Below, piece by piece: positions 20,209 to 29,660 of a stretch of DNA of 64,000 bases. The translations under genes and the position numbers were made by a program. Source of the DNA: an uncultured bacterium (GTDB taxonomy: Bacteria > Chloroflexota > UBA5177 > JANWHV01). The DNA is taken from the NCBI GenBank assembly GCA_963729625.1, contig CAVSOU010000017.1, positions 266,175 through 330,174 on the forward strand, in the 5' to 3' direction. The notes under the pieces were generated by a model. It saw only the letters and a list, made by a program, of their open reading frames with translations. It ran no database searches and was not told the DNA's origin. Each line of letters begins with the position of its first letter. The first letter of the stretch is position 1.

Positions 20209-21264
20209 TCAGGACGAGTACGTGACCGAAGCAACCTTCGCGGTTGGTGACACGACGAACTTGTCCCACATACCGGCGAGCGCGTGTCCGGGAACGCCGC
20301 AAATCAGCATATACGTGCCGGCTTTATTGGCAACAAACGAGAACGTGATCGGCGCATTTGTGCGAGGAGGGCCCCCGGCAGGCGTGCCTCCGGCGGCACC
20401 GGGTCGGAAGCGCGGGAAAGATGAGCGTGCGCCTGAGAACGCGGGGTTCACGCTGCGGCCCGGCGGCGTGGACATATACGGAATGACTACCACGTCGTGG
20501 GGCGTTCTCGAATTGTTCTTGAATGTAGCCATGACCGTAGATCCCAGCGGGACGGTCACTGTCATCTGGCCGTGCGCTCCGCCATTGAAGTTGAACCCGG
20601 CGTTCGCATTGTTCCATGCTGCCACGAGGGTGAGATCCACCACCTTACCCTTTGTGGTCACCCAGGTCGGCGCGTTGGCAGGAGGGGCTTCCGGCGAGGT
20701 TGCTGTTGTAGTACCGGCGGCATTAAACGCTATACTCGCGGACTTGGCGGCAGAGGACACAACCAGCGTGTCCCACATGCCGGCCAGAGCATGCCCCGAG
20801 ATGCCGCACGCGATCATATAGGTGCCGGCCTTGCTCGCCACGAATGAGAACGCCTCGGCTTTGGCCGCGCGCGCGCCAGGGGCGCTACCTGGACGGAACT
20901 GCGGCAACGGCGAAGCGGCGCCCGGGAACGCCGGCGTCACGGCGCTGCCTGGCGGATTCTTCTGGAAGGGAATGATCACCACGTCGTGCGGCGAGCCTGC
21001 CGCGTTGTTCATGAAGCTGGCTTCGACCTTGTCTCCAAGCGGGACGGTGACGACCATCTGGCCGTGCGCCGCTCCGTTGAAGTTGAACCCCGCATTGACG
21101 TTATTCCAGCTTGCGATCAGCGTGAGGTGTACCACGGATCCTGCTGTGGTTACCCAGGTCGGCGTCTGAGTCGCCGCCCCCGCTCCTGCCGGGCCGACCG
21201 CGCCGGCGAGCATGACTCCCGCTATCAGCCCGCCCTGAATGCCGCGTATTCCTGTAGCCAACAT
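20209..21264 (-). CDS. secreted protein with two tandem sulfocyanin/rusticyanin-like blue-copper domains
   Basis: Two copies of FNFNG..HGQM.VTVP.G...PHDV...GTYM..CG..GHALAGMW, each with the His, Cys, His, Met type-1 copper ligands. GGAGGA RBS. Confidence 0.82.
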   Translation of the reverse strand: MLATGIRGIQGGLIAGVMLAGAVGPAGAGAATQTPTWVTTAGSVVHLTLIASWNNVNAGFNFNGAAHGQMVVTVPLGDKVEASFMNNAAGSPHDVVIIPFQKNPPGSAVTPAFPGAASPLPQFRPGSAPGARAAKAEAFSFVASKAGTYMIACGISGHALAGMWDTLVVSSAAKSASIAFNAAGTTTATSPEAPPANAPTWVTTKGKVVDLTLVAAWNNANAGFNFNGGAHGQMTVTVPLGSTVMATFKNNSRTPHDVVVIPYMSTPPGRSVNPAFSGARSSFPRFRPGAAGGTPAGGPPRTNAPITFSFVANKAGTYMLICGVPGHALAGMWDKFVVSPTAKVASVTYSS

Positions 21265-21390
21265 TCTTCTACAGTCCTCCACTCCCGTAACGGCCGGGCC
21301 CGTCGTGCGGTCGCGGCGAGAAAGCCGAACGCGCGCAACGACGGTCCTTGCCGCTCACTCCGTCTCATGTCACGGCCCACGCGGCGTGAC

Positions 21391-21408
21391 TACTACATAA
21401 GCGTAGTA
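21391..21408. promoter_or_regulatory. probable BlaI/CopY operator
   Basis: TACTAC-ATAAGC-GTAGTA palindrome upstream of the blue-copper gene; matches the site at 22364. Confidence 0.7.
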
Positions 21409-21448
21409 GGATGTCAGGTAAGGATCAACGGTCCAAGCTGCGTTACAA

Positions 21449-22207
21449 CTACTTCGAGGCGGCGGCAATACCGCCGGCCAGCTGTGCGTATGTTTGCTCG
21501 CCCGAGTTGGCATACCGGATGATGCCGTTCTTATCGAGCACGTAGATCGTGGGATAGCTGCTCGCATTGTAGGCGTTCACGGTGGTGAAGCTCGGATCGA
21601 TCAGCGTTGGATGCTTGACGCCGAAGTTCTGGATGAACCAGTTTACATCGGGCTTGGTCACGACGGTGAGGTCCGTGCCGCCGCTGTTGTCGTAGTTCCT
21701 GCCATATGGACTGGCAAGAACCGCCAGCGTCCGCAAGCCGTTCGACCCATAGTTCTTGTCAACCTGGTTCAGGATGGTCGATTCGGCCTGGCAGTAGGGG
21801 CACCACACCGCGAAGAACTCGAGCAGGACAGGCTTTCCTCGCAGCGTAGAGAGCCTGTAGGGCTGTCCGTCCACGGTGGCGAGGGTGAAATCCGGCGCTT
21901 TCGTTCCCGTGCCCAGCAGCTGCGATCCCGTATTGAGCGCGCTCGCGTTCACCAGGCCCCCGGCTGAGCTCGAGGTGGTTCTGCTGACCAGGATCGCCAC
22001 GACGATGGCGAGAGCGGCCAGCAGCGGCACCCCTGTGGACAGCAGCAGGAGACGTTTGCGGGCGCGTACCGCCGTCGATCGCCGTGTGTGCACTCGCTTC
22101 GAAACGACGGTGCGCGGCGCCGTTCGCCGTCCGCCAGTGGCCTCCATGGCGCCACCAAACGCGGCGGTCGCCTGGGCGCTTCTCATGGGCGCCGATCGCT
22201 TGCTCAT
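21449..22207 (-). CDS. membrane-anchored TlpA/ResA-like thiol-disulfide oxidoreductase
   Basis: TM helix; APDFTL...LRGKPVLLEFFAVWCPYC; YPT cis-Pro motif. Confidence 0.85.
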   Translation of the reverse strand: MSKRSAPMRSAQATAAFGGAMEATGGRRTAPRTVVSKRVHTRRSTAVRARKRLLLLSTGVPLLAALAIVVAILVSRTTSSSAGGLVNASALNTGSQLLGTGTKAPDFTLATVDGQPYRLSTLRGKPVLLEFFAVWCPYCQAESTILNQVDKNYGSNGLRTLAVLASPYGRNYDNSGGTDLTVVTKPDVNWFIQNFGVKHPTLIDPSFTTVNAYNASSYPTIYVLDKNGIIRYANSGEQTYAQLAGGIAAASK

Positions 22208-22361
22208 CTCGACCTTCCCTGTTCTTTTGCGGTGCCGCGAGCACGCGCGATGTGGCGGAGCAACCGCCGTGCACTTGGACGTTCCTTGCCGAAGGAAATG
22301 GCAGGCGCAAAGTACGGGTGGACATCCTGCCCGCGACAAGAAACCAGCGGTTTCAGCAATT

Positions 22362-22396
22362 TATACTACGTAAATGTAGTATACCTGCAGTATAAT
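22362..22396. promoter_or_regulatory. probable BlaI/CopY operator next to a -10 box in a divergent promoter
   Basis: TATACTAC-GTAAAT-GTAGTATA (22362-22383) followed by TATAAT (22391-22396) in an AT-rich patch. Confidence 0.72.
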
Positions 22397-22534
22397 TGAC
22401 TGGCAGAACCAGTCAAGGAACGGCGCTGTCCGGCAGGGCGGTTGTACGGCTGCTGCGTGGTCGGTAGGATCGAATTGGAGCAGGCGCCTGGAAAAGCGGC
22501 ACGCCTGGGCGCGCAATGTGCGAAAGGATAAGGC

Positions 22535-22969
22535 ATGATTCGCCGGGGACGCAGGGATCGGCACGACCTTGCCGTGCGTGGCGAGCAGAAGTACCTGGGC
22601 GAGCTGCAAGCCCAGATCATGGCGGTAGCCTGGTCCCGCGCCGCGGTGACGGTGCGCGAGATCGTGGAGACGCTGGGCACCAGGCGGGAGGTGGCCTATA
22701 CGACCGTCATGACCGTCATGTCACGTCTGGCCGCCCAGGGGCTTCTCAACCGCGAGCGCGTGGGCAAGACATACCTGTACCGGCCTGCCTGTTCGCGCGA
22801 GGAATTCCGGGCCGGTATCGCCGGCACGATCGTGAATGATCTGATCGTAGATTTCGGCGATCTCGCTCTGTCGCAGTTCGTCGATGCCTTGGAGCGCGCG
22901 GATCCCGCTCGTCTCGAGCGGTTGCGCGTGTTTTTCGATACCGCCGAGCAGACTGATGACGGCACGTAG
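22535..22969 (+). CDS. BlaI/MecI/CopY family transcriptional repressor
   Basis: LGELQAQIM..AW...VTVREI...AYTTVMTVMSRL..QGLL.R winged-helix signature. Confidence 0.9.
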   Translation: MIRRGRRDRHDLAVRGEQKYLGELQAQIMAVAWSRAAVTVREIVETLGTRREVAYTTVMTVMSRLAAQGLLNRERVGKTYLYRPACSREEFRAGIAGTIVNDLIVDFGDLALSQFVDALERADPARLERLRVFFDTAEQTDDGT

Positions 22970-23951
22970 ACCCTTTGCCACTCTCCTCGTGGTAGCGGGC
23001 CTCGGCCTGCTGCTTGCTGCCGCATTGCTGTTGGTTGCCTTCCCCCCTCCGCCGCTGGGCAACGCGTTCAAACGCTGCACCGAGTCGGGCAGTCTCTGCT
23101 CCAATCTGGTGCGTATCGGGCATCAGGTTGGCACCCCGCTCTTCCTCGCGCTACTGCCCTGGTCGCTGTGCCGAGGACTGTGCCGGGGCTTCCGGCAGTG
23201 GTGGATCACCGGTCGCGCGGTTGGACGCCTGCGAGCGCACGGTACACGAGCGCTGCCTGCCGGCCTGCAAACCGTTTGCGACCGACTTGGCATCGAGGGA
23301 CGCGTGACAATTGTCGACACCGACATGCCGATCGCGTTATGTCACGGCCTCTGGCATCCGCGCGTCTGGCTGTCGACGGGCACCCTGGACCTGCTTTCTT
23401 TTCAGGAGGCGGCCGCGGTTCTGCGCCACGAGCTCGCGCACGTTCGCTTCCGGCACCCATCCCAGCTCTTGATAGCCCGTTCGCTGGCCGCCGCCTTCCC
23501 GTTCCTGCCTGTCTTGCGCGAATTGGCCGCCGCGGTCGCTCGGGCTCAAGAACTGGCGGCGGACCGAGCGGTCATTTGCGCCGGCGAGCGGCACGCTCTC
23601 GGACGCGCGCTGCTGACGCTGGTGGACGCGCCGGGCGCTGCGGCTGCAAGGTTGCCGGTTCCCGGCATGATCGGCGCTCTCGATGCTCGGCTCGATCAGC
23701 TTGCGGGTGCAACCGATGTCCCACTACGGCTTTCGCGGCGCTCGCTCGCCCTCACCTGGCTGGCGTTCGCGCTTGGGTTACTGCTGCTTCGTCTGAGCGG
23801 TTTGGGCATACCGCCCCAGCATACGCTGCTGGGACTGGTGGCACTACCGCCGCTGCGCTTTGATGTGCCCGGGCAGTGCCTGGCAGCGTCCGGCGCGCTC
23901 GCGGGAGCCCTGCAGATCGCGTCCGCGGCAGTCGCGCGCGATCGACCGTAG
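22956..23951 (+). CDS. M56 (BlaR1/MecR1-like) membrane zinc metalloprotease without a penicillin-binding domain
   Basis: P.ALCHGLWHPRVWLSTG, HELAH, QELAAD motifs; TM segments; overlaps the repressor stop codon. Confidence 0.85.
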   Translation: MTARRPFATLLVVAGLGLLLAAALLLVAFPPPPLGNAFKRCTESGSLCSNLVRIGHQVGTPLFLALLPWSLCRGLCRGFRQWWITGRAVGRLRAHGTRALPAGLQTVCDRLGIEGRVTIVDTDMPIALCHGLWHPRVWLSTGTLDLLSFQEAAAVLRHELAHVRFRHPSQLLIARSLAAAFPFLPVLRELAAAVARAQELAADRAVICAGERHALGRALLTLVDAPGAAAARLPVPGMIGALDARLDQLAGATDVPLRLSRRSLALTWLAFALGLLLLRLSGLGIPPQHTLLGLVALPPLRFDVPGQCLAASGALAGALQIASAAVARDRP

Positions 23952-24233
23952 CGCCGTTGCGATTCCTCGCCCAACGGAGGCACCTGCCCTCTGGGCTGAC
24001 TACATGCTTCCTGAATTGAACTGCCCGGCAACCGCCCCCGAAGGTGGCTGCGCATGGCCACACACCATGGTATCCTTAAAGAAGGATGTTTAGACAGTTG
24101 CAGCAATGCATTCCACTCTTCCCTTGAGACCGAGACGAGCAAGCACGCGCCATGCACCAAGGTTGCACTGTAGCTCGACGAATCGCCGCGCGAGTGACCC
24201 TCTTTTGGCCGGACCCGAGCAGAATGGACGTCT

Positions 24234-25244
24234 TTGAAGGTGAGTCTGGAACACGGAGCGTTCAGGGCCGCGGCGCACGAAACCTCGCACGACGGCGCGA
24301 CCATCTCGGTGATCATCTGCGCCTACACCGATGCCCGTTACGGGCAACTGGTGGCCGCGGTGCAGTCCGTGCGCGATCAGACGCTGCCCGCGCGCGAGAT
24401 CCTGGTGGTGATCGACCACAATGCCGCGCTTCTCACGCGCGTGCGAGCAGAACTGCCCGACGTCGTGGCCCTGGCAAACCGCCACGGCCGCGGCTTGAGC
24501 GGCGCGCGCAATTCCGGCATTGAGTCGGCTCTGGGGACGATCGTGGCCTTTCTGGACGACGATGCCGTTGCATCATCGGACTGGTTGCGGCGCCTCCACG
24601 ACTGCTACGCCGATCCCCACGTCGTGGGCGCCGGAGGCGCGATCGCGCCGCTGTGGGAAGAAAGCAGGCCTGCGTGGTTCCCGCCCGAATTCGACTGGGT
24701 GGTCGGCTGCACCTACCGCGGCATGCCCGTCTCCGTGAGCCCGGTTCGAAATATGATCGGCGCGAACATGTCCTTCCGGCGAAGTGCTTGTCTGGAAGCG
24801 GGAGGCTTCCGTGGCGCGCTTGGCCGGGTGGGAGCCTCGGCCGCCGGCTGTGAAGAGACGGAGTTGTGCATCCGCCTCCGGCAGCGCGATCCGCGGCGTG
24901 TTCTGCTCTATGAGCCGCGCGCCAGGGTACTTCACCATGTGCCGAGCGATCGTGCCCGCCGCGAGTACTTCATGAAGCGGTGTATTGGCGAGGGTCGCTC
25001 CAAGGCTCAGGTTACCACCTCGGTCGGCGCCGCGGACGGGCTGTCCGCGGAGCGCATGTACACGTTGAGGACGCTTCCGCTCGGCTGTGCCCGCGGTGTA
25101 GCCGAAGCGTTCGTCAAGCGAGACGCGCACGGATTTGCTCGCGCAGCTGCCATCGCCGGGGGCCTCGCTGCCACTACCTTCGGATACCTGACCGGCCGGC
25201 TCATGAAACAATCCACGCCTTTGGAGAGCGTCTATGGCAGTTAG
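24234..25244 (+). CDS. glycosyltransferase family 2
   Basis: ISVIICAY, GLSGARN, FLDDD, IGANMSFRR, EETELC. Start codon uncertain (TTG 24234 or GTG 24240). Confidence 0.9.
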   Translation: MKVSLEHGAFRAAAHETSHDGATISVIICAYTDARYGQLVAAVQSVRDQTLPAREILVVIDHNAALLTRVRAELPDVVALANRHGRGLSGARNSGIESALGTIVAFLDDDAVASSDWLRRLHDCYADPHVVGAGGAIAPLWEESRPAWFPPEFDWVVGCTYRGMPVSVSPVRNMIGANMSFRRSACLEAGGFRGALGRVGASAAGCEETELCIRLRQRDPRRVLLYEPRARVLHHVPSDRARREYFMKRCIGEGRSKAQVTTSVGAADGLSAERMYTLRTLPLGCARGVAEAFVKRDAHGFARAAAIAGGLAATTFGYLTGRLMKQSTPLESVYGS

Positions 25245-26439
25245 GCAACTTGATGCCACATTCGCTCCCCGTGCGGGAGTTGCGCGCGTGCTGATGGTCA
25301 CGCCCCGCTACTACCCACTCTCCGGCGGTGTCGAGCATCACGTACGCCAGGTGGCCGAGGGGCTCGCACGCCTGGGCCTCGAGGTCTTCGTGCTGACGAC
25401 CGATCGATCGGGGAAACTCGAGGCAGAGGAGTCACTTGGCGGTGTGACGATCCTTCGCGCACGAGCCTGGCCGGCTGAACGCGACTACTACTTCGCGCCG
25501 TCGATCTACAAGCGTATTCGCGACGGTAGCTGGGATATCGTGCATTGCCAGTCCTATCACACACTGGTAGCGCCTCTGGCGATGGCGGCCACGCTGCAGG
25601 CAGGCCTTCCCTACGTGGTGACGTTTCACGGCGGCGGCAGCAGCTCCCGCCTGCGGCAGGCGGCTCGCGGCCAGCAGCTGCGCTTGCTCCGCCCACTACT
25701 GGCACGTGCCAGTAAGCTGATCGCGGTAGCAGGCTTCGAGGTTGATCTGTATGGACGGCTGCTCAAGCTTCCACCGGACCGCTTCGCGGTGATCCCCAAC
25801 GGCGCAGATATCGCTGCCGTGCCAGGCTCCGCCGCTGAAGAACCAACCGAACCGCTGATTATCTCCATTGGCCGCCTCGAGCGTTACAAGGGCCACCAGC
25901 GGGTCCTTGCCGCCTTTCCGGCCGTTCTTGCCCGGCGTCCCGACGCTCGGCTATGGATAATGGGCCAGGGTCCGTACGAGGGGGCGCTACAGAAGCAAGC
26001 ACGCGACCTGCGGGTTGCACACAGGGTAGAGATTCGCGCCATCCCGCCGGGAGATCGGCAGGGCATGGCCGACGCCCTGTCCAGGGCAGCCCTGGTCACC
26101 CTGCTCAGCGAGTACGAGACGCATCCAATCGCCATTCTCGAGGCGCTGGCGTTTCGGCGGCCGGTATTGGTTGCGGACACGTCGGGTCTGCATGAGCTTG
26201 CGGCGAAGGGCTGGGTCCGGGCGATTCCGCTCCAGTCCAGTCCCCGGCAAGTCGCCGCCGCGGTACTGGCACAACTCGAGCAGCCGCTCCATCCCGTGAA
26301 CGTTGCCCTGCCGACGTGGGATACTTGCACCAAGTCGCTCCTGGCGCTCTACGATAAGGTATGGCTCGATCACAGGTACGGCAACGGGGGTGCCACGGCC
26401 GTTCGATCCGGCGGCCGGGACGTGGCGCTCCGTGCCTGA
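25234..26439 (+). CDS. glycosyltransferase family 4
   Basis: YYP..GGVE, VIPNG, GRLERYKG, E-x7-E (ETHPIAILE). Confidence 0.9.
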   Translation: MAVRQLDATFAPRAGVARVLMVTPRYYPLSGGVEHHVRQVAEGLARLGLEVFVLTTDRSGKLEAEESLGGVTILRARAWPAERDYYFAPSIYKRIRDGSWDIVHCQSYHTLVAPLAMAATLQAGLPYVVTFHGGGSSSRLRQAARGQQLRLLRPLLARASKLIAVAGFEVDLYGRLLKLPPDRFAVIPNGADIAAVPGSAAEEPTEPLIISIGRLERYKGHQRVLAAFPAVLARRPDARLWIMGQGPYEGALQKQARDLRVAHRVEIRAIPPGDRQGMADALSRAALVTLLSEYETHPIAILEALAFRRPVLVADTSGLHELAAKGWVRAIPLQSSPRQVAAAVLAQLEQPLHPVNVALPTWDTCTKSLLALYDKVWLDHRYGNGGATAVRSGGRDVALRA

Positions 26440-26529
26440 TGCACAGGGCGATCGGACCGGCCCATGTTGGCCAAGAATGAGGCCCGAAAGGGCTAATTCG
26501 CCTGACCTCGCGATGGTGAAGGTAACGTC

Positions 26530-27781
26530 TTGCGCATTCTGATGCTTTCGCAGTTCTACCCCCCGACGCTGGGGGGAGAAGAACAACACGTGCGCGCGCT
26601 GAGCGCATCGCTGGCGGCACGTGGCCACACGACAGCAGTCGCCACGCTTTGGCGGCACGGCCTCCCGGAGTATGAAACCGATGGAAGCGTGCACGTGTAC
26701 CGATTGCGTGGCGTGGCACAACGGATTCCCTTCGCGTATCAGGAGACCGACCGGCGGCACACGCCCCCGGTCCCCGATCCTGAGCTCGTGTGGCGCCTGC
26801 GCACGGTGGTGATGCGCGAGCGACCGCACATCGTGCACGCGCACAACTGGATGGTACATTCGTTCCTTCCGCTCAAGGCAATGAGTCGCGGCAAGCTCGT
26901 GCTTACACTCCACGATTACAGTCTGATCTGCGCGAAGAAGCGGCTCATGTACGAGAACTCGCCCTGCAGCGGGCCTGGAGCGGTCAAATGCCTGCGCTGT
27001 TGCAGCGCCCACTATGGGCCGCTGAAAGGCACGCCGATCGCGACGGCGAACTGGGCCATGGGCCTCGAGGAGCGGCATGCGGTTGACTGGTATCTGCCGG
27101 TGAGCCAGGCGGTTGCCGATGGGAACAGGTTGCCCAGCCGACCGCACGGAGGTGCTGCCGAACTTCGTGCCCGACGATCTGGCCGATCTCTCCGGCGATC
27201 CGCCACCGGAGCTGGATCAGCTTCCGCCAGGCGACTTTCTTCTCTATGCCGGCGACCTGAGCGTGGACAAGGGATTGCCCGTCCTCCTTGCCGCGTATGC
27301 CGGTCTTTCGGCCCCGCCGCCGCTCGTGCTGCTGGGCCGGCAGTGTGCGGATACGCCCGCGACGCTCCCGCCCGGCGTTATAATGCTGCACACATGGCCA
27401 CGGCGATCGGTACTCTGGGCCTGGCGCCGCTGCCTGTTCGCACTGGTGCCGTCGGTTTGGCCGGAGCCATGCCCGACCGTGGTCATGGAGGCCATGGCCA
27501 TGGGCAAGCCGGTGATCGGATCGCGCATCGGCGGTCTACCGGATTTGATCGTGGATGGAGAGACAGGCCTGCTGGTTCAGCCTGGCGACGTCGAAGCCCT
27601 GCGCGCGGCAATCGTCAGGCTCCTGACTGATGTTGATGGGCGCGAACGGATGAGTCGCGCCGCACTGCAGCACGCGCCCCGCTTTCACGTGAGCACCGTG
27701 GTACCGCGCATCGAACGCGTGTACGACAGGCTATTGCAGCAAGTGCCGCGTGCCGAGCAAGGCAGAGATCCGGCCGCCTAG
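26530..27781 (+). pseudogene. glycosyltransferase family 4, split by a +1 frameshift at ~27148 (sequencing error or pseudogene)
   Basis: The N-half (YPP..GGEE, HDYSLIC) is in one frame and the C-half (EVLPNF, KG, PSVWPEP..VVMEAM) in another. Removing one G from CAC-G-GAG-GTG restores PH-EVLPNF. Confidence 0.8.
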
Positions 27782-27794
27782 GGGCGTGTAATGG

Positions 27795-29660
27795 ATGGCT
27801 TTGGCGAGTAGAAGCACGGAGCACAGTCAGAAACCGGGACCACCGCACGGCGTTCAGGCGGCCGATCTTGGCTGGCTGCCCGCCCTTAGCGTCACCGCGG
27901 CCACCGGCCTGCTGGCAGTCGCGCTGTCGGACATGGCTGCGCGCGCGGCAGTGCCGGCAGCCGCTCTGGTGTTCTGGCTTGGACTGTTACTGTTGGTGAT
28001 TCCAGTTGCCGGACGCCTGTTCTCCAGCTCGGCATCCAGTCTTGAGCGCATCGGTCTTGTGGTGCTGCTCGGCATGGCGCTCTATGGCGTCAAGATGCTG
28101 CACAGTCCCACGTCCTTCACGTTTGTGGACGAGCTCGAGCACCTGCGCACAGCCAGCGATATCCTGAGCAGTGGCCACCTCTTTCACGCTAACTCGGTCT
28201 TGCCCGTCAGCCCGCTGTACCCCTCGCTGGAGATCGTGACCGGGGCACTTGCCGCGCTTGGCGGGCTTTCCGTTTTCGCATCGGGCGCGATCGTGATTGC
28301 CGCCGGACGGCTCATACTGGTGCTTGCGCTTTTCCTGTTCTACCAGCAGATCGGCGGATCGGCTCGGATCGCCGCCCTGGGCGTTCTCCTGTACATGGCG
28401 AACCCGAACTTTCTCTATTTCGATGCGCAGTTTGCCTATGAATCTCTAGCGCTGCCGGTCTTCGCGCTCGTGCTTTTTGCGGTTGCCCGCCAGGCCGGCG
28501 CCCCGGCCGATCAAAAGGTTGGACTGGCGGCCATGGTTGTGCTGGGAATCAGCATGGTGGTGACAGCGCACCACATAACCAGCTATGTGCTGGCAGCCTA
28601 TGCCGTGCTCTGGGTCGTCATCGTTTTCGTGAAGAGCGGCTGGCGTGCTGCTACCAGCCCGTTTGGCCCGGGCGGCGCCGCTGCTCTGACTGTCGTGCTT
28701 GCCCTCGCCTGGCTGACCGCCGTAGCGACGCTTACTATTGGCTACCTGGCGCCCGATTTCGCGGACGCGACGAAGCAGGTCGTGCAGCTGATCACCCGTG
28801 AAGCAGGGCCGCGGCAGCTGTTTCATTCTTCCACCTCGGGCTACGCTGCGCCGGCGTGGGAGCGCGCGACCGGCATTGGGGCCATCCTCTGCATTTTGGC
28901 CGGCCTGCCGTTTGGCTGGCTGTGCATCTGGCGGGGACGACCGTGCAGCGCGCCGGTTGTAGCAAACGCGCTTGCCGCCCTTCTCTATCCCGCGACGCTC
29001 TTTCTGCGTTTCACCTCTGGGGGGGCCGAGATCTCAAACCGCGCCTCGGAATTCGTCTTCGTTCCTGTGGCCTACGTGCTGGCTACCGGCATCGTCGAAT
29101 TCCGCGTCTTTGGGCGGCTCGAGCGCATCAAGCCAGCGGCGCTATTGCCGTGGGTCGCGGTAATCTTCGTCGGCGGCATCATCGTCGGATGGCCGCCCTG
29201 GGCGCGGCAGCCGGGCCCGTACCTGGTGGGCGCGGACTCTCGCTCGATCGACGCGCAGAGCGTGGACGCGGCGACGTGGGCCGCGAGTGTCCTCGGCCCC
29301 GGGCATCGCATAGCTGCCGATCGCACGAACACGCTGCTGATGAATAGCTACGGCGAGCAGCACGTGGTGACACATCTCGAAGACAATGTCGACGTGTCCG
29401 GTGTGTATTTCGCGGCAAGCATCGGTTCGGCTGAGCTCGACACGCTCGACGCCGGCAAGATCCGCTATCTCGTCGTGGATAAGCGGCTGAGCACCGGCGT
29501 GCCTCAGGGCGGACCGTTCTTCGAGGTGGATAGCAACCATTCACGCCCAATTCCGGCCGCGGCACTGGCGAAGTTCGACCAGTTTCCCCTGATCGATCGC
29601 GTATTCGACAGTGGAGAGATTGCGGTTTACGACGTGGGGGCGGTAAGCAATGCGCCCTAG
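27795..29660 (+). CDS. polytopic membrane protein, GT-C/polymerase-like (possibly DUF2206-like)
   Basis: About 13-15 hydrophobic segments, a DE..H loop motif, YESLALP and H.ITS; lies within the GT cluster. Confidence 0.55.
   Translation: MALASRSTEHSQKPGPPHGVQAADLGWLPALSVTAATGLLAVALSDMAARAAVPAAALVFWLGLLLLVIPVAGRLFSSSASSLERIGLVVLLGMALYGVKMLHSPTSFTFVDELEHLRTASDILSSGHLFHANSVLPVSPLYPSLEIVTGALAALGGLSVFASGAIVIAAGRLILVLALFLFYQQIGGSARIAALGVLLYMANPNFLYFDAQFAYESLALPVFALVLFAVARQAGAPADQKVGLAAMVVLGISMVVTAHHITSYVLAAYAVLWVVIVFVKSGWRAATSPFGPGGAAALTVVLALAWLTAVATLTIGYLAPDFADATKQVVQLITREAGPRQLFHSSTSGYAAPAWERATGIGAILCILAGLPFGWLCIWRGRPCSAPVVANALAALLYPATLFLRFTSGGAEISNRASEFVFVPVAYVLATGIVEFRVFGRLERIKPAALLPWVAVIFVGGIIVGWPPWARQPGPYLVGADSRSIDAQSVDAATWAASVLGPGHRIAADRTNTLLMNSYGEQHVVTHLEDNVDVSGVYFAASIGSAELDTLDAGKIRYLVVDKRLSTGVPQGGPFFEVDSNHSRPIPAAALAKFDQFPLIDRVFDSGEIAVYDVGAVSNAP

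Noticed and set aside
22535-23951. Beta-lactam resistance locus (blaI/blaR1)
   Set aside because: No beta-lactamase or PBP2a nearby, and the protease lacks the penicillin-binding sensor domain.
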